Shown one piece after another: positions 25,833 to 36,828 of a stretch of DNA of 64,000 nt; the stretch's first letter is position 1; each line of letters opens with the position of its first letter. The stretch is taken from assembly GCA_035221665.1 (NCBI GenBank), contig CM069162.1:22692001-22756000 (forward strand), read 5' to 3'. The position numbers were made by a program, and so were the translations under genes. This DNA is from Okamejei kenojei. Its lineage: Eukaryota. Below the pieces are notes generated by a model. That model was given only the letters and a program-made list of their open reading frames with translations. It searched no databases and had not been told where the DNA came from.

Positions 25833-26335
25833 ACCAGACTGATTTCTGGGATGACCAGACTGATTCCTGGGATGGCACGACTTCCATATGAAGAAAGACT
25901 GGATAGACTCGGCTTGTACTTGCTGGAATTTAGAAGATTGAGGGGCGATCTCATAGAGACTTACAAAATTCTTAAGGGGTTGGACAGGCTAGATGCAGGA
26001 AGATTGTTCCCGATGTTGGGGAAGTCCAGGACAAGGGGTCACAGTTTAAGGATAAGGGGGAAGTCTTTTAGGACCGAGATGAGAAAATTGTTTTTCACAC
26101 AGAGAGTGGTGAATCTGTGGAATTCTCTGCCACAGAAGGTAGTTGAGGCCAGTTCGTTGGCCATATTTAAGAGGGAGTTGGATGTGGCCCTTGTGGCTGA
26201 AGGGATCAGGGGATATGGAGAGAAGGCAGGTACAGGATACTGAGTTGGATGATCAGCCATGATCATATTGAATGGCGGTGTAGGCTCGAAGGGCCAAATG
26301 GCCTGCTCCTGCACCTAATTTCTATGTTTCTATGT
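25833..26335 (+). mobile_element. Young CR1 (HER1-like) LINE 3' end
   Basis: ORF encodes TRLIPGMARLPYEERLDRLGLY...RRLRGDLIETYKIL...TRGHSLRI...FFTQRVVNLWNSLP; ends in a TTTCTATG-type repeat tail; 21-bp tandem duplication at the 5' junction. Confidence 0.95.
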
Positions 26336-27542
26336 GAGCAGGTTCTGTTGCAGCATCTTCCACATCCTGCGGTATGAATGAAGTGCAAATTGCCACAGCT
26401 TATAGGGTGGATATTTACTGTACAGTTAGTTGCTTTATGTTAAGAATAAAAAACGATGTGGAGAATATGCCACAGGAGCACAATACATCATGCTAACTTT
26501 TGGTACCTGGTTTCATGATCGTAGATGGCTTTCTGCTAAGCTGATTTATTTTCTTCTTGAACCTTTGAAGACTATACGAGAAGTGAAAAGTAGGACATCA
26601 AAGATATAATACAAAATGGTAGAGGACACCTGCAAAAATTAAGCAATTCTCTGGCATGACCATCCTTAGTCATGCATGGGTTTAACTATCAACTGCACTA
26701 AGGAGGATTTAACCACTCATCTCAGTATCTCAATAATTCTGTTTAATATCTGGGAAGATATGCAAAGAGAAATATAGTTAAGAGAACTGTTCATGCATGT
26801 TGACATACTTTCTTTAAATAGGTTTGATTTTTTTTTTAAACGTGCATGTTAAAATAAAGCCATATAAATTCAAGGTTGTATATTAAATGGCCTTGCACAG
26901 TAATTTACAGGAGTTGTTTCTCTTCACACACTGTATTAAACACTATGGCATTTTGGAAAGCATGTTTTATGCGAGTGTATATTTTGCTAGCTGTGACACA
27001 GTATTGAGAAGCCTACCTGTGGTTCAATGAAGCCTTTGTCTATCAATCTCCAAAACAACATAACATTTTCTTTCTTTAAAGGTTGGGTAGATGCTTTCCA
27101 ACGCTGTCTAATATTTGTGTCCAATGTCTGAATGAAGGAATGTTTGATAACAAACTTGTTAACCTTGTTTTATTCAAATTATTGATGAACACTGTAATAA
27201 ACATTAAACATTTATTTTTGTGGATTGGTTTTGAGCATTATATTGTTAAACATCTGAAGCATGATAATATGTAGGAAAATAAATTGGCATGTTTCAAACC
27301 AAGATAGAAGAACAAGCAGATGTGGCAATTCATGCTGTCTTTGTTATTATACTGATACAGCTGATCCACAACTTGTTTAGAAAGCTACAATCTGAATCGT
27401 TGGAGTTGAAACTGAATAGGAAATGACAAATTGGTGGTTGCCTGACCTGATCTGTCAATCTAAATGCAGATGCCTGGTCCTTATCCGCTGCTCTAATACT
27501 AACGCCCCTTTGTAAGAACCGTGTATACTTTTATTAACACAG

Positions 27543-27619
27543 TTTCAGAAAAGTAACTAATAGTGCAATTTCCTTCCCTTCCATGTGCTGTCAATGTCTC
27601 CTTTGGTGGATGTTCTCAG
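27543..27619 (+). other. Candidate small non-coding exon
   Basis: Perfect branch-point TACTAAC at 27497-27503, AG acceptors at 27516, 27542 and 27548, and a CAG|GTAAGG donor at 27619/27620. Confidence 0.2.
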
Positions 27620-27850
27620 GTAAGGGTTTCAGTTTGTTCTGCATGTTATTTCACAAAAGGAACCAGATTTCATGTAGCAGTAGTAATGTAAACTCAGTAT
27701 TGAAGATATGGAGTTCAGTAGTTTTCATTTAAAGAAATCGTTCACAACTGTAATCAGCCGTGCAACATTCCTGTACAAACCGTACAATTTCTATCTACTT
27801 GATTTTGCAGAATGTTCATCTTTCAGGACTTGAAATTAGTAATATTCTAT

Positions 27851-28035
27851 GTAGACACAAAGAACTGCAGATGCTGGTTGAAAAAAGATATAGTGCAGGA
27901 GTAACTCAATGGGTCAGGCAGCATCTCTGGAGAACATGGATAGGTGATGTTTTGGGCGGGAATCTTCCTGAAAAACCACCCAGACATGATCTCCAGGAAT
28001 GCTATCTGACCCACTGAATTATTCCAGCACTTTTT
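27851..28035. mobile_element. Head-to-head pair of Penelope termini
   Basis: Minus-oriented terminus (GAACTGCAGATGCTGG...GGGTCAGGCAGCATCTCTGGAG) followed by a plus-oriented one (CTCCAGGAATGCTATCTGACCCACTGAATTATTCCAGCAC). Confidence 0.75.
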
Positions 28036-28273
28036 ATAGAAACATAGAAATTAGGTGCAGGAGCAGGCCATTCGGCCCTTCGAGCCTGCACCGCCATTCA
28101 ATATGATCATGGCTGATCATCCAACTCAGTATCCTGTACCTGCCTTCTCTCCATACCCCCTGATCCCTTCAGCCACAAGGGCCACATCCAACTCCCTCTT
28201 AAATATGGCCAACGAACTGGCCTCAACTACCTTCTGTGGCAGAGAATTCCACAGATTCACCATTCTCTGTGAA
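28036..28273 (-). mobile_element. Young CR1 LINE 3' end, inverted near-identical partner of 26098-26333
   Basis: By manual alignment, the reverse complement differs from the plus copy at 4 positions in about 236 bp. Confidence 0.95.
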
Positions 28274-28546
28274 GATCTTATAATCTATGTAATTACGTAT
28301 TTGCATCAAGAAGCAATTTGAAACTTAACCAAGCATGGGAAAAGGTTTCACAACTGCAATAGTATCTAGAAATTGTATTAATATGTTTTCTCTTTTATAT
28401 GTACCGATGGAGGCCAAATTTGTTTTTTGGTACTTTGTGTTTTGTTGTGTATGGTATTGTGAATTGAGCATCATGTCTCTTAGGGGCTGAAATGGAAGTT
28501 GGTTTGTGATCATTTAGAAAAAGTCGGAGAAACACTGCTATCTCAA

Positions 28547-28700
28547 GGGCCTGTCCCACTTTCCCGAGTTACTCACGAGTTTTCCCCTTGATTCAAACTC
28601 GGAGAATGTCCGTAGGAGTCCGTAGATATATCGTAGCAGCTCGTTATGGCAGCCATAGGTACTCGGGGCATCAGGTAAGTTGGGACGTTTTTTCCGCCTC
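28547..28700 (+). mobile_element. One end of a Harbinger/PIF-like non-autonomous DNA transposon
   Basis: Starts GGGCCTGTCCCACT; shares TGATTCAAACTCGGAGAAT and TAGGTACT blocks with the reverse complement of the element nested in the Tc1 at 51762-52056; CpG-rich. Superfamily call rests on the terminal motif only. Confidence 0.6.
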
Positions 28701-30654
28701 TGTCCATAGGAGCAGTACATTGATTTCTCCTGCTAATGTGGTGTAGTGCCCACTCTGCAGTTGTGGATAGCATTGCACAGTGAGGGGTAAGAGAACATTT
28801 AAACATAGGAGGAAATTCTAAGGATTGTTATTACTTTTTTCCTCCTTTGCATCAGTGGGAAATGGGGACTTAGGTCATGAAGGAATTGCATTAAGACTTT
28901 AGCCAGTCACATTGGATGCCATCTCCTGCCCTGCTCCCTCCTCCCACCTTCTACATTGTAATGGGGGAAAACTCCCAGCACTGGTGAATGCAACCACTTA
29001 CCGGCAGGAAAATGAAACTCCAAATGTACCACTGCCTTCAAACAAGTGTTGCAAGCTCTTCTAGAAGTAAGAGCTAAGACCGTGGTCTGTGGTCTCTGGT
29101 TTTCGATGAAACCATTACTGGTGGTGTCTGGTTTTAATATGGTCGACTTGTCTCCCACAGTATTGTAATGGCTGTCTTTGGGTTTACCACTAGGATATTT
29201 TTCACCTCTGCGCACTCTCAATACAGTTTTTCTTTTTGAGATAATTGAAGCCTGCTAATGCAAGTTAATTAAACTAAATTGTCATTTTTAATTTCATCTA
29301 TTATGAACAAAGATAATATGTGTATTGTGCATAATTTACTTTGATTTGGATAAACCTTTGCGTCGTCATTTGGTTCTGATAATGCCTAGTCATTGTTTTA
29401 AAATAAAAGATCTGAAGTACTTGGTTCTAGAATTAAACTCCAATCTTATAGCTAACATGTCTGCATCCAAAGTGATCGGAGCTTATTCACTTCAAAGCAT
29501 TGTGCATGCTGTCAGAAAGGAAGCCTGAGCGGGGATAACTCAGTGTGATGGAGGTTTGAACTGAGCTATTTTCAGCATTGCATGTCTTCTCAGTCTGTTG
29601 TCAGAGTTAGCAGTATTCCTTTGCACCAAGTTGTGACTTGGAAAGCACAGAGGAAATGCACAGTCATTTAGGTCTAACTCCCTTTTCATTAGAAATGGAG
29701 TATCAATTGTTGTTGACTTTCACAGTGAAATTACCTAGCCATCAAAAGTAGAACCTCTCACCAAATCAGAACAGAAAAAAAATCTACAAAACCAAAAGGC
29801 AAGTTTGACCCTTTTTCTAGGCTGAGTAACTGCCCCACACTTCCTGATCACACTTCCCCTGCTGTTAAGAGAAAATATATGCCAAGAATTCTATCCTGAG
29901 ATTCGCATCCACAATGCTGTGTAGTGAGAATGTGGGCTTAGCCATCCATGTTCAGGAGGAAATCCTTCCAGTTTGCTCCTCACTGTGGTTTATATGTAAT
30001 TATAGCTACCGAGACGATAGCTGTGTTATAGCTATTTAAACATCGATTTGTGAAGAGTTCACAATTTATTCTAAGAAGTGTAGAAATTCCTTTTTTAAAG
30101 CATGTCTATTTTTACACTGTCATTTTAACATTTTGTCATTTCAATAGTTGTATCTCAAATTAAGACTCAAATATGTTTTCCCATTTAATTAGTTAAATTA
30201 TTGGAAATTTGAAGATTTTTCATACTATATACACGTCTACCCATCATTTACTTAAGGCACCGTTGTTTAACTCAATCGTGGGAAAAATAAAATTGTTCGG
30301 AGTGGAGTGGCTGCAGCTGTTTAAACTTGTTTTATAAATCTTTTTTAAATACATAATCTGCTTATCAGGAGTGATAACAATTTTAGGTAATTAAATGACT
30401 AGCCATGTCTCATGATATAAATGTGGAGTTTAATTGTTTCCTCGTTCTATAAACAAATAGATAGGCTATAAATTGAACTGTCACTGCAAACCTTACATAT
30501 CCACTGCCACTTTGATTCCTGTGCCCCTCATTGTAATGAGTTAGGGACTTCCAAGAGATACTTAGCCTTCATTTGTGTTTTTTTCGTCAAGATTCAAAAC
30601 CCCTTCCATAGAAATTGGGACATCACAGGTTTTTTTTACCCACATGCTGAATTG

Positions 30655-30965
30655 TTTTGGAGCCCATTTTTAGGCCTAACCAATGTTTCACGCAGCTGCA
30701 ACGTCTTGCCAACTTTTATTCTCGATGCCTCCACCAATGAAGGCAAGTACGCCGTATTCCTTCTTTACCCCCCAATCTATTTGTATTGCCACTTTTAAGG
30801 AATTATGAACGAGCACCCCAAATTCCCTTTTTACATCAATGCTTCTAAAGATCATGTCATTTACTTCATACCTCGTACATATGACTTCCCAAAGTGGAAC
30901 ATAGGATCATATAGTATAGAAACCGGCCCTATAGCCCTTGTCTATGCTGACTAATTAATCATAGG
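30655..30965 (-). mobile_element. Degenerate CR1 fragments
   Basis: GGCCTAACCAATGTTT...ATGAAGGCAAG...TTCTTTACC...GCCACTTTTAAGGA parallels 63210-63360. Confidence 0.65.
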
Positions 30966-31728
30966 ATTTCAGCAACAAGGAACGTTTAAAAAAAAAGTAT
31001 CAGGATGTGAGTTGGCTGCACAGTCATGGGGTACAGAGAGAGTGTCCGTGAGGAAGTGTAGAGATGACACAGGTTCCTCCAGAACTTTGATTTTTGCTCA
31101 AGAATCCATATCTGTTTGCTGCTTTATTCATTCAAATCGTCCGTTACAAAATCTGTTCACAGCATGATTCCTCAAATAGGATTTCAAAATGTGCTGCACA
31201 GATGATCAGCCTCCATACAATATGTGAAGCAAGTATTCATAACAGAAGGGAGCTGTAGAAACGGGATTAAATCTTGTACAATGAGCTTTTGTAATCAAGT
31301 GATTCTTGGTGGCTTGGATACGATGAATCATTGCTTACCTGCTTGTGCGGAAAAACTCAAAAAGTCCTATTTGAAGGCATTCTCTTCTACCTTTGACTGG
31401 AATAGTTACCTTTTAATGCATGTCCTTGAGCTGGATTGTATGGGCAGGAAAGCAGTTTTACACTTGGTCTTTATTAGATTTACTTGGACATTTAACTTAT
31501 TTGTGGAAATAAAAATCAACCTTTGTTTTAAACAATCACTGAAGCGATGCATTGATATACTGAATCAATATGGTTGAAGTTTTTTAATACAAGTCTAATC
31601 TGTAGGGTGCATTGACACATCAGAACATTGTTAGCTATCTTCTCAAACAGATGTATTATATTGTAGCGTTTGTCCATTTACTAATCTTTGTAGACTTCCT
31701 CCATGGGATTGTTTTTATACAATGTGCA

Positions 31729-31960
31729 TGAAGGTGTATAAAATCATGAGGGGAATAATGTGAATGCACAAAGTCTATTGCCCAGTGTAGGGGAATCAAG
31801 ATCCTGAGGGGCAACGTTTCCACACAGACGTGGTGGGTATATGGTATGAGCTGCCAGAGAAGGCAGCTACTACAACAACATTTAAAGGACATTTGGAAAG
31901 GTACATGGATATGAAGGAAAGGTTTAGAGGGATATGCTCCAATTGTGGGCAGGTGGGCTG
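31729..31960 (+). mobile_element. Degenerate CR1 3' fragment
   Basis: GTGTATAAAATCATGAGGGG...; encodes VVGIWYELPEK...TTFKGHLERYMD. Confidence 0.75.
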
Positions 31961-33109
31961 CTGGAAAATGGAAGAAAAGTATTTGATGGCTAAGCTCATG
32001 CAGAGTTCTGTTCACCGTTCTAGCAGAGAGTGCCTATAATCAATTAGATTTTCTGGAAGAGGACTATGCATGATGAAAGGGCACTAGAAGGTGCGTGGGA
32101 CCCTAGGACTTTTGAATAGAAGGCATGCCATGACCTTCACTGGACTTAACAGAAATCCTGGCTCCTTAAATCAATGAACATGACGGTCATAATACTTCAA
32201 GTGTCTACAGACTTTAAATTAAGGCTAGCCATTCCTGGAGTAGCAAATACTGTCTTTGAAAATTTATCAGTGTTTGGAAACAACATTCTCCTTGGCTGAA
32301 CATTTTGAAAACCATGTCCTGTGAGATGATCTAGTGTGCAATGGCGTCTCCATCAATTGTGGTATTCAGTTTCTAAGTAGCACTGCACAGATCTCTACTT
32401 CTGCTTAATGGTCAAGGTGTATTAGAGGGATAAGTTGTAAAAGGACAGAGAAAAGGAAGTGCAAACAGTAGCAGTAGTTATGAGCATGCTGTAATAATAA
32501 TAGGTTATGTCTACCTTGTACTTCAGAGCTGAAGCTGACAGAGAGAAAGATTTCTCCTCAATCTGACAGTGCAGTGCTCTGGTCGCTATTAGATGGTGCC
32601 CCAGTTGCTTTATGGGATTGATTTCCGAGGATGGGCAATTGTACAACTGGTAACTTTTCATATGCTGTTTCCTGTCCAGTACTTTTAAACTGGTCTGGGG
32701 AGGAGGCTGCTGTTTTTGCAAATGCACAGATCAGCTCGTGTCCTTGTGTAAAGCATTGGATGAATGCTATTATTTTGATTGAGTATAAAAAAATAAGATT
32801 TATATTGATTTGATTCATTTAATGTATTTTTAAATGATGACGATTGAGGAGAGAAGTAGAATGTCCAAAGGAGATGTGAATTGAATTTACCTGGTAATTT
32901 GTGAATCGTGTTTAAAGCTAACCTGCAAAAATGTCTTCTTTAGCTATTATTGGTCTGGTAATTTGTGATTGATTGATTGTTCTTGGAAGCTGTACTTTCG
33001 AAGTTTATTATGGTTCAGTGTTTTTGGTGGTATTTGTGCTTGTGATGAAACCAAACTTTAGTTTATTGGCACGTGTACTGAGGTGGCGGAATAAGGAACA
33101 TTTATTATG

Positions 33110-33242
33110 TTTCAGAGGCATGTAGATAGTATTTGAATAGGCAGAGCACAGAAGGATACAGTCCTAATGTGGGCAAATGGTACCAGTGGCAGAAAGGTCA
33201 GCATGGACAAGCTGGGCCAAGGGGCCTGTTTCTGCTGTGTAA
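33110..33242 (+). mobile_element. Degenerate CR1 3' tail
   Basis: GCATGGACAAGCTGGGCCAAGGGGCCTGTTTCTGCTGT matches CR1 3' ends elsewhere in the window. Confidence 0.65.
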
Positions 33243-33680
33243 CAATGTCTGTGCCTTTGCAATTATTTAACTATTTATGAAGTTGTGCTCTTTTTTTCTC
33301 AAAATTATTCATAATTTTTAATATTCTACCTCTCATTTTGGATATTCTACGTCTCCCTTGAAACATCATTATTTTAAAATACATTAAATCAATAACATCA
33401 TTGCACATTTTATTTTTCAATGCTTGATTATAACACAGCATTCATCCAATATTTTACAAGGACATGAACAGATTTGAACATTTGCAAAAGCGGCAGCCTC
33501 TTCTCCAGACTAATTTAGTAGAAACAAAATCAGGATTTGATGGTTGGTGGATTTTTGTGTTGATGACCCTTTATCAAAACATTTAAAGTCGCAAAGAAAA
33601 GGAGGTGCACAAGGGATAATTATGTGAAATATCCAAACCACCATTTCAGAGAGTACAGTTATATTGGTTTTGTAGATATA

Positions 33681-34312
33681 GATTTACTGTATTCGTTGTT
33701 CAAGATGTGGATTGTTATACATCGGTGAGACCAACCGTAGACTGGCCGATCGTTTCGCTGAACACCTTCGCTCAGTCTGCCTGGATCTACCTGATCTCCT
33801 GATTACCAAATACTTTAATTCCCCTTGCCATTCCCACACTGACCTTTCTGGCCTAGGCCTCCTCCATTGTCAGAGTGAGGCTAATCACAGATTGGAAGAA
33901 CAGCATCTTGTATTTCGCTTGGGCAACTTACAACCCAGCGGTAACAATATTGATTTTTCTAACTTCAAGTAAACCCTGCATTCACTCTCCCCTCCTCCCC
34001 CCCCCCCCCCCCCCCAACACACCAGTCACACCAGGTACGCACAGATCGCACCAGGTTCTCATTCTCACCTAGCAAACAGCTAACAATGGCCTGTTTCCTT
34101 TATCATCGTTACTTTTTTGCATATCTTTCATTCATTTGTTCTATATCACTGCCTATATCTCTTGTTTCCCTTTCTCCTGACTACTCTAAAGAAGGATCTC
34201 GACCCGAAACATCACCCATTCCATCTCTCCAGAGATGCTGCCTGAACCCCTGAGTTACTCCAGCATTTTGTGTCTATCTTTGGTTTAAACCAGCATCTAC
34301 AGTTCCTTCCTA
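33681..34312 (+). mobile_element. Penelope-like element 3' part (GIY-YIG C-terminus, 3' UTR, terminus)
   Basis: IYCIRCSRCGLLYIGETNRRLADRFAEHLRSV...RLEEQHLVFRLGNLQPSGNNIDFSNFK*, poly-C UTR, degenerate hammerhead at about 34186-34215. Confidence 0.92.
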
Positions 34313-35141
34313 TTCTAGATCTGATAGTCTGAGTTCCAGTAAATATCACACAGACTGTAAAATAAATAAATACAGGTTTGGATGTAGACCCCAAAATTAA
34401 ACCGGTCTCATTAGGTCTTGGAAATGTACTGCTTCGACCACAGCCAATGACTGAAGGCATCGTGTTACTTTGATTATAAGCTGTTTGGATAAAGGTGTTG
34501 CATGGCTGCCATTCAGAGACTGTCACTATGACAACATTCTTGCCTGTTCCCAGGCTTTGCTTGTCAATTATAGTCATCCTGTAATCAGCCTGTGACATGA
34601 GAATCTACTAGGCCTGATTTAAAAAGCCATTTGAAGTATAAAGCGCCCTTTGGTTGGTTGAGTGGAAGCTGGCAAATTCTGTGTCAGTTTAATGTGAATA
34701 CTACAACTTGTGAAAGGTTTTGCGCAACCATTGTTTTGTAAAAAAAAAATCAAAGCGCATCAATTCTGTTTTCAGCAAACAAAAATAAAAAAGTTAATGT
34801 CTTCTCTGACCATGTGTTGTTTAAAGTGTTGGAGTAAAAGCAACCAGATGGTGCAAAGAAAGTAAAATGATGTGTTTAGCAAAAGCTGTCCCTAATTAAC
34901 AGCTTTGTTGTAATAAGCGTCGCTGTTTTAGGTATATTGGCATATTGCTTTTAAGTCCACATCTTAAGCGCTCCTTGAAAAGTGAGGGCAAAAACATTTC
35001 TGAAGTGTGAGCCCCTGTCGCAGATCATAAAGAACACTTGGCAACGATCGTGCATTCTCCCACACGGAGAGAAAAAAACAGAAGATGCTGGATCATTGAG
35101 GTGCACTCAATGTCCCTCATTGAGATGAAGGATTACACCTA

Positions 35142-35240
35142 GAAATAGACACAAAAAGCTGGAGTAACTCAGCGGGACAGGCAGCATCTCTGGATAGAAG
35201 GAATGGGTGACGTTTCGGGTCGAGACCCTTCTTCAGACCT
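35142..35240 (-). mobile_element. Short Penelope-terminus element
   Basis: Reverse complement reads GGTCTGAAGAAGGGTCTCGACCCGAAACGTCACCCATTCC...AGATGCTGCCTGTCCCGCTGAGTTACTCCAGC. Confidence 0.85.
35205..35239 (-). ncRNA. Putative minimal type I hammerhead ribozyme (best-preserved copy)
   Basis: GGU-CUGAAGA-A-GGGU-CUCG-ACCC-GAAA-C-GUC/ACC: 3-bp stem I (GGU/ACC), 4-bp stem II, palindromic ACGU stem III, GUC triplet with predicted cut between 35209 and 35208. Confidence 0.7.
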
Positions 35241-35944
35241 TGTACCTTGAACCTGAACTTGCCTCTGCTCACTGGATATGATCACGGACATCCTTGGTTT
35301 TTCTTTTCCAAGAAAGAAGCTTGGATTTTGAGTAAAGCTAATAAAAAAGTTTATTGTACTGGTACAGTGAAAAGCTTGTTGTTGCGTATTATCCAGTCAG
35401 TGGAATACATGATCACAGTCGAGCATCCACAGTGTACAGATGCACGATAAACGGATCAACCATTGGTGCAAGAGAAAGTCCGATTATAGATAGTCCTAGG
35501 ACCTTCAATTAGGTAGATGATAGCTCAGGATCGCTCTCTAGTTATTGTGTGGCTTGGATATACAATGGAAATATGGATGGGTTAAAAACAAAAATGTAAT
35601 TTGAAACTTTGTAAAATGTGTTATGAGCACTGTACATATAAGTAGCACCAGCTTGCAGACCTCTGTGTGCTTCCTGTTTCGTTCTAGTTGAAGTTGTTTA
35701 GCCATCAACTGTGAAACGAGAACGTTTTTTAAATTGGCAAAGCGGCATCACTTTTTAACATTGAAGGTTTATCGCGACAGGTTATTTATTTAGAGGAGAG
35801 CTTTTTGATGTTTGTTACTATGTAAAAGATTTTGTATCATTTTCTTTATGTTAGTTCCACAACAAAAACAATGATATTCCTTTTCTGGTGAAATTAAGTG
35901 GAGTGTAATAGACTTTTATTTATTAAATATATGCTGTTATTACA

Positions 35945-36828
35945 AGGAAGACGCAAGAAACTAGAAGACGCAAAATGCTGAATTCTTGAGTAAACAAAAC
36001 AAAGGGCTAGAGGAACTCAGTGGGTCAGGCATCATCAGTGGAGGGAAATGGGCAGACAGAGTTTCGGGTTGGAATCCTTTTTCATGATCAGAGTGGAGGG
36101 GTGATAGCTGGTAGAAAAAGGTGATGGGAAGGAGTGGGGCAAGAGCTGCAAGTCATCGCATGCGATAATCACCAATCATGTGTCCGCCAGGGCCAGCTGG
36201 AGCTCCCAGTTGCCAACCACTTCAATTTGCTTTCCCTCACCAATCTGTCTGACCTCTGCCTCTTCTATTACCGGCGTGAGATCACACGCAAACTGGACGA
36301 ACAGCACCTCAGATTCCACTTGTGTAGCCTATAACTCTCCTGATCTATCCAGGCATCTCATGCACACCTCCACCCATTGTTCAGCACCCACCCCTGCCCT
36401 CTCAGCTCCTCTATTTCTCCCTCCCTCCTATTCGCGTCTACTCACCATGCCTCCCTCTTGTTCTATATTTCACTTGCAGGAAAGGTTTTCAGTATACCTG
36501 TACCTCATTGTACTTGTGCATCTGACAATAAACTTGACTACTTGATTTTTCTTTCTTATCAAATTCCACTTCAACAGCCCTTGAATCTTCTCCATTTATC
36601 ACCTCTAGCTTTTGTGATGATCTTCACTCTCCTGTTCACTCCCTGACACATCTGCTAATCACCCCTCACCTCTTTCTAGCAGCTATCTTATTTGTACTCC
36701 AATCTTGATGAAGGAATCTCACTTTAAACATCGTCCATTTCCTTTCTCAGATGTTGCCTGACACACTGAGTTTCTCCAGTTTTTTTTTTGCACTGGATTC
36801 CCAGATCAGCAGTCTCTCGTGTCTCCAT
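35945..36828. mobile_element. Older Penelope element with inverted 5' terminus (minus 35945-36150, plus about 36170-36828)
   Basis: Encodes ELPVANHFN...RKLDEQHLRFHL; terminus copies face outward at both ends; a Rex1-like tail is embedded at about 36480-36545. Confidence 0.75.
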
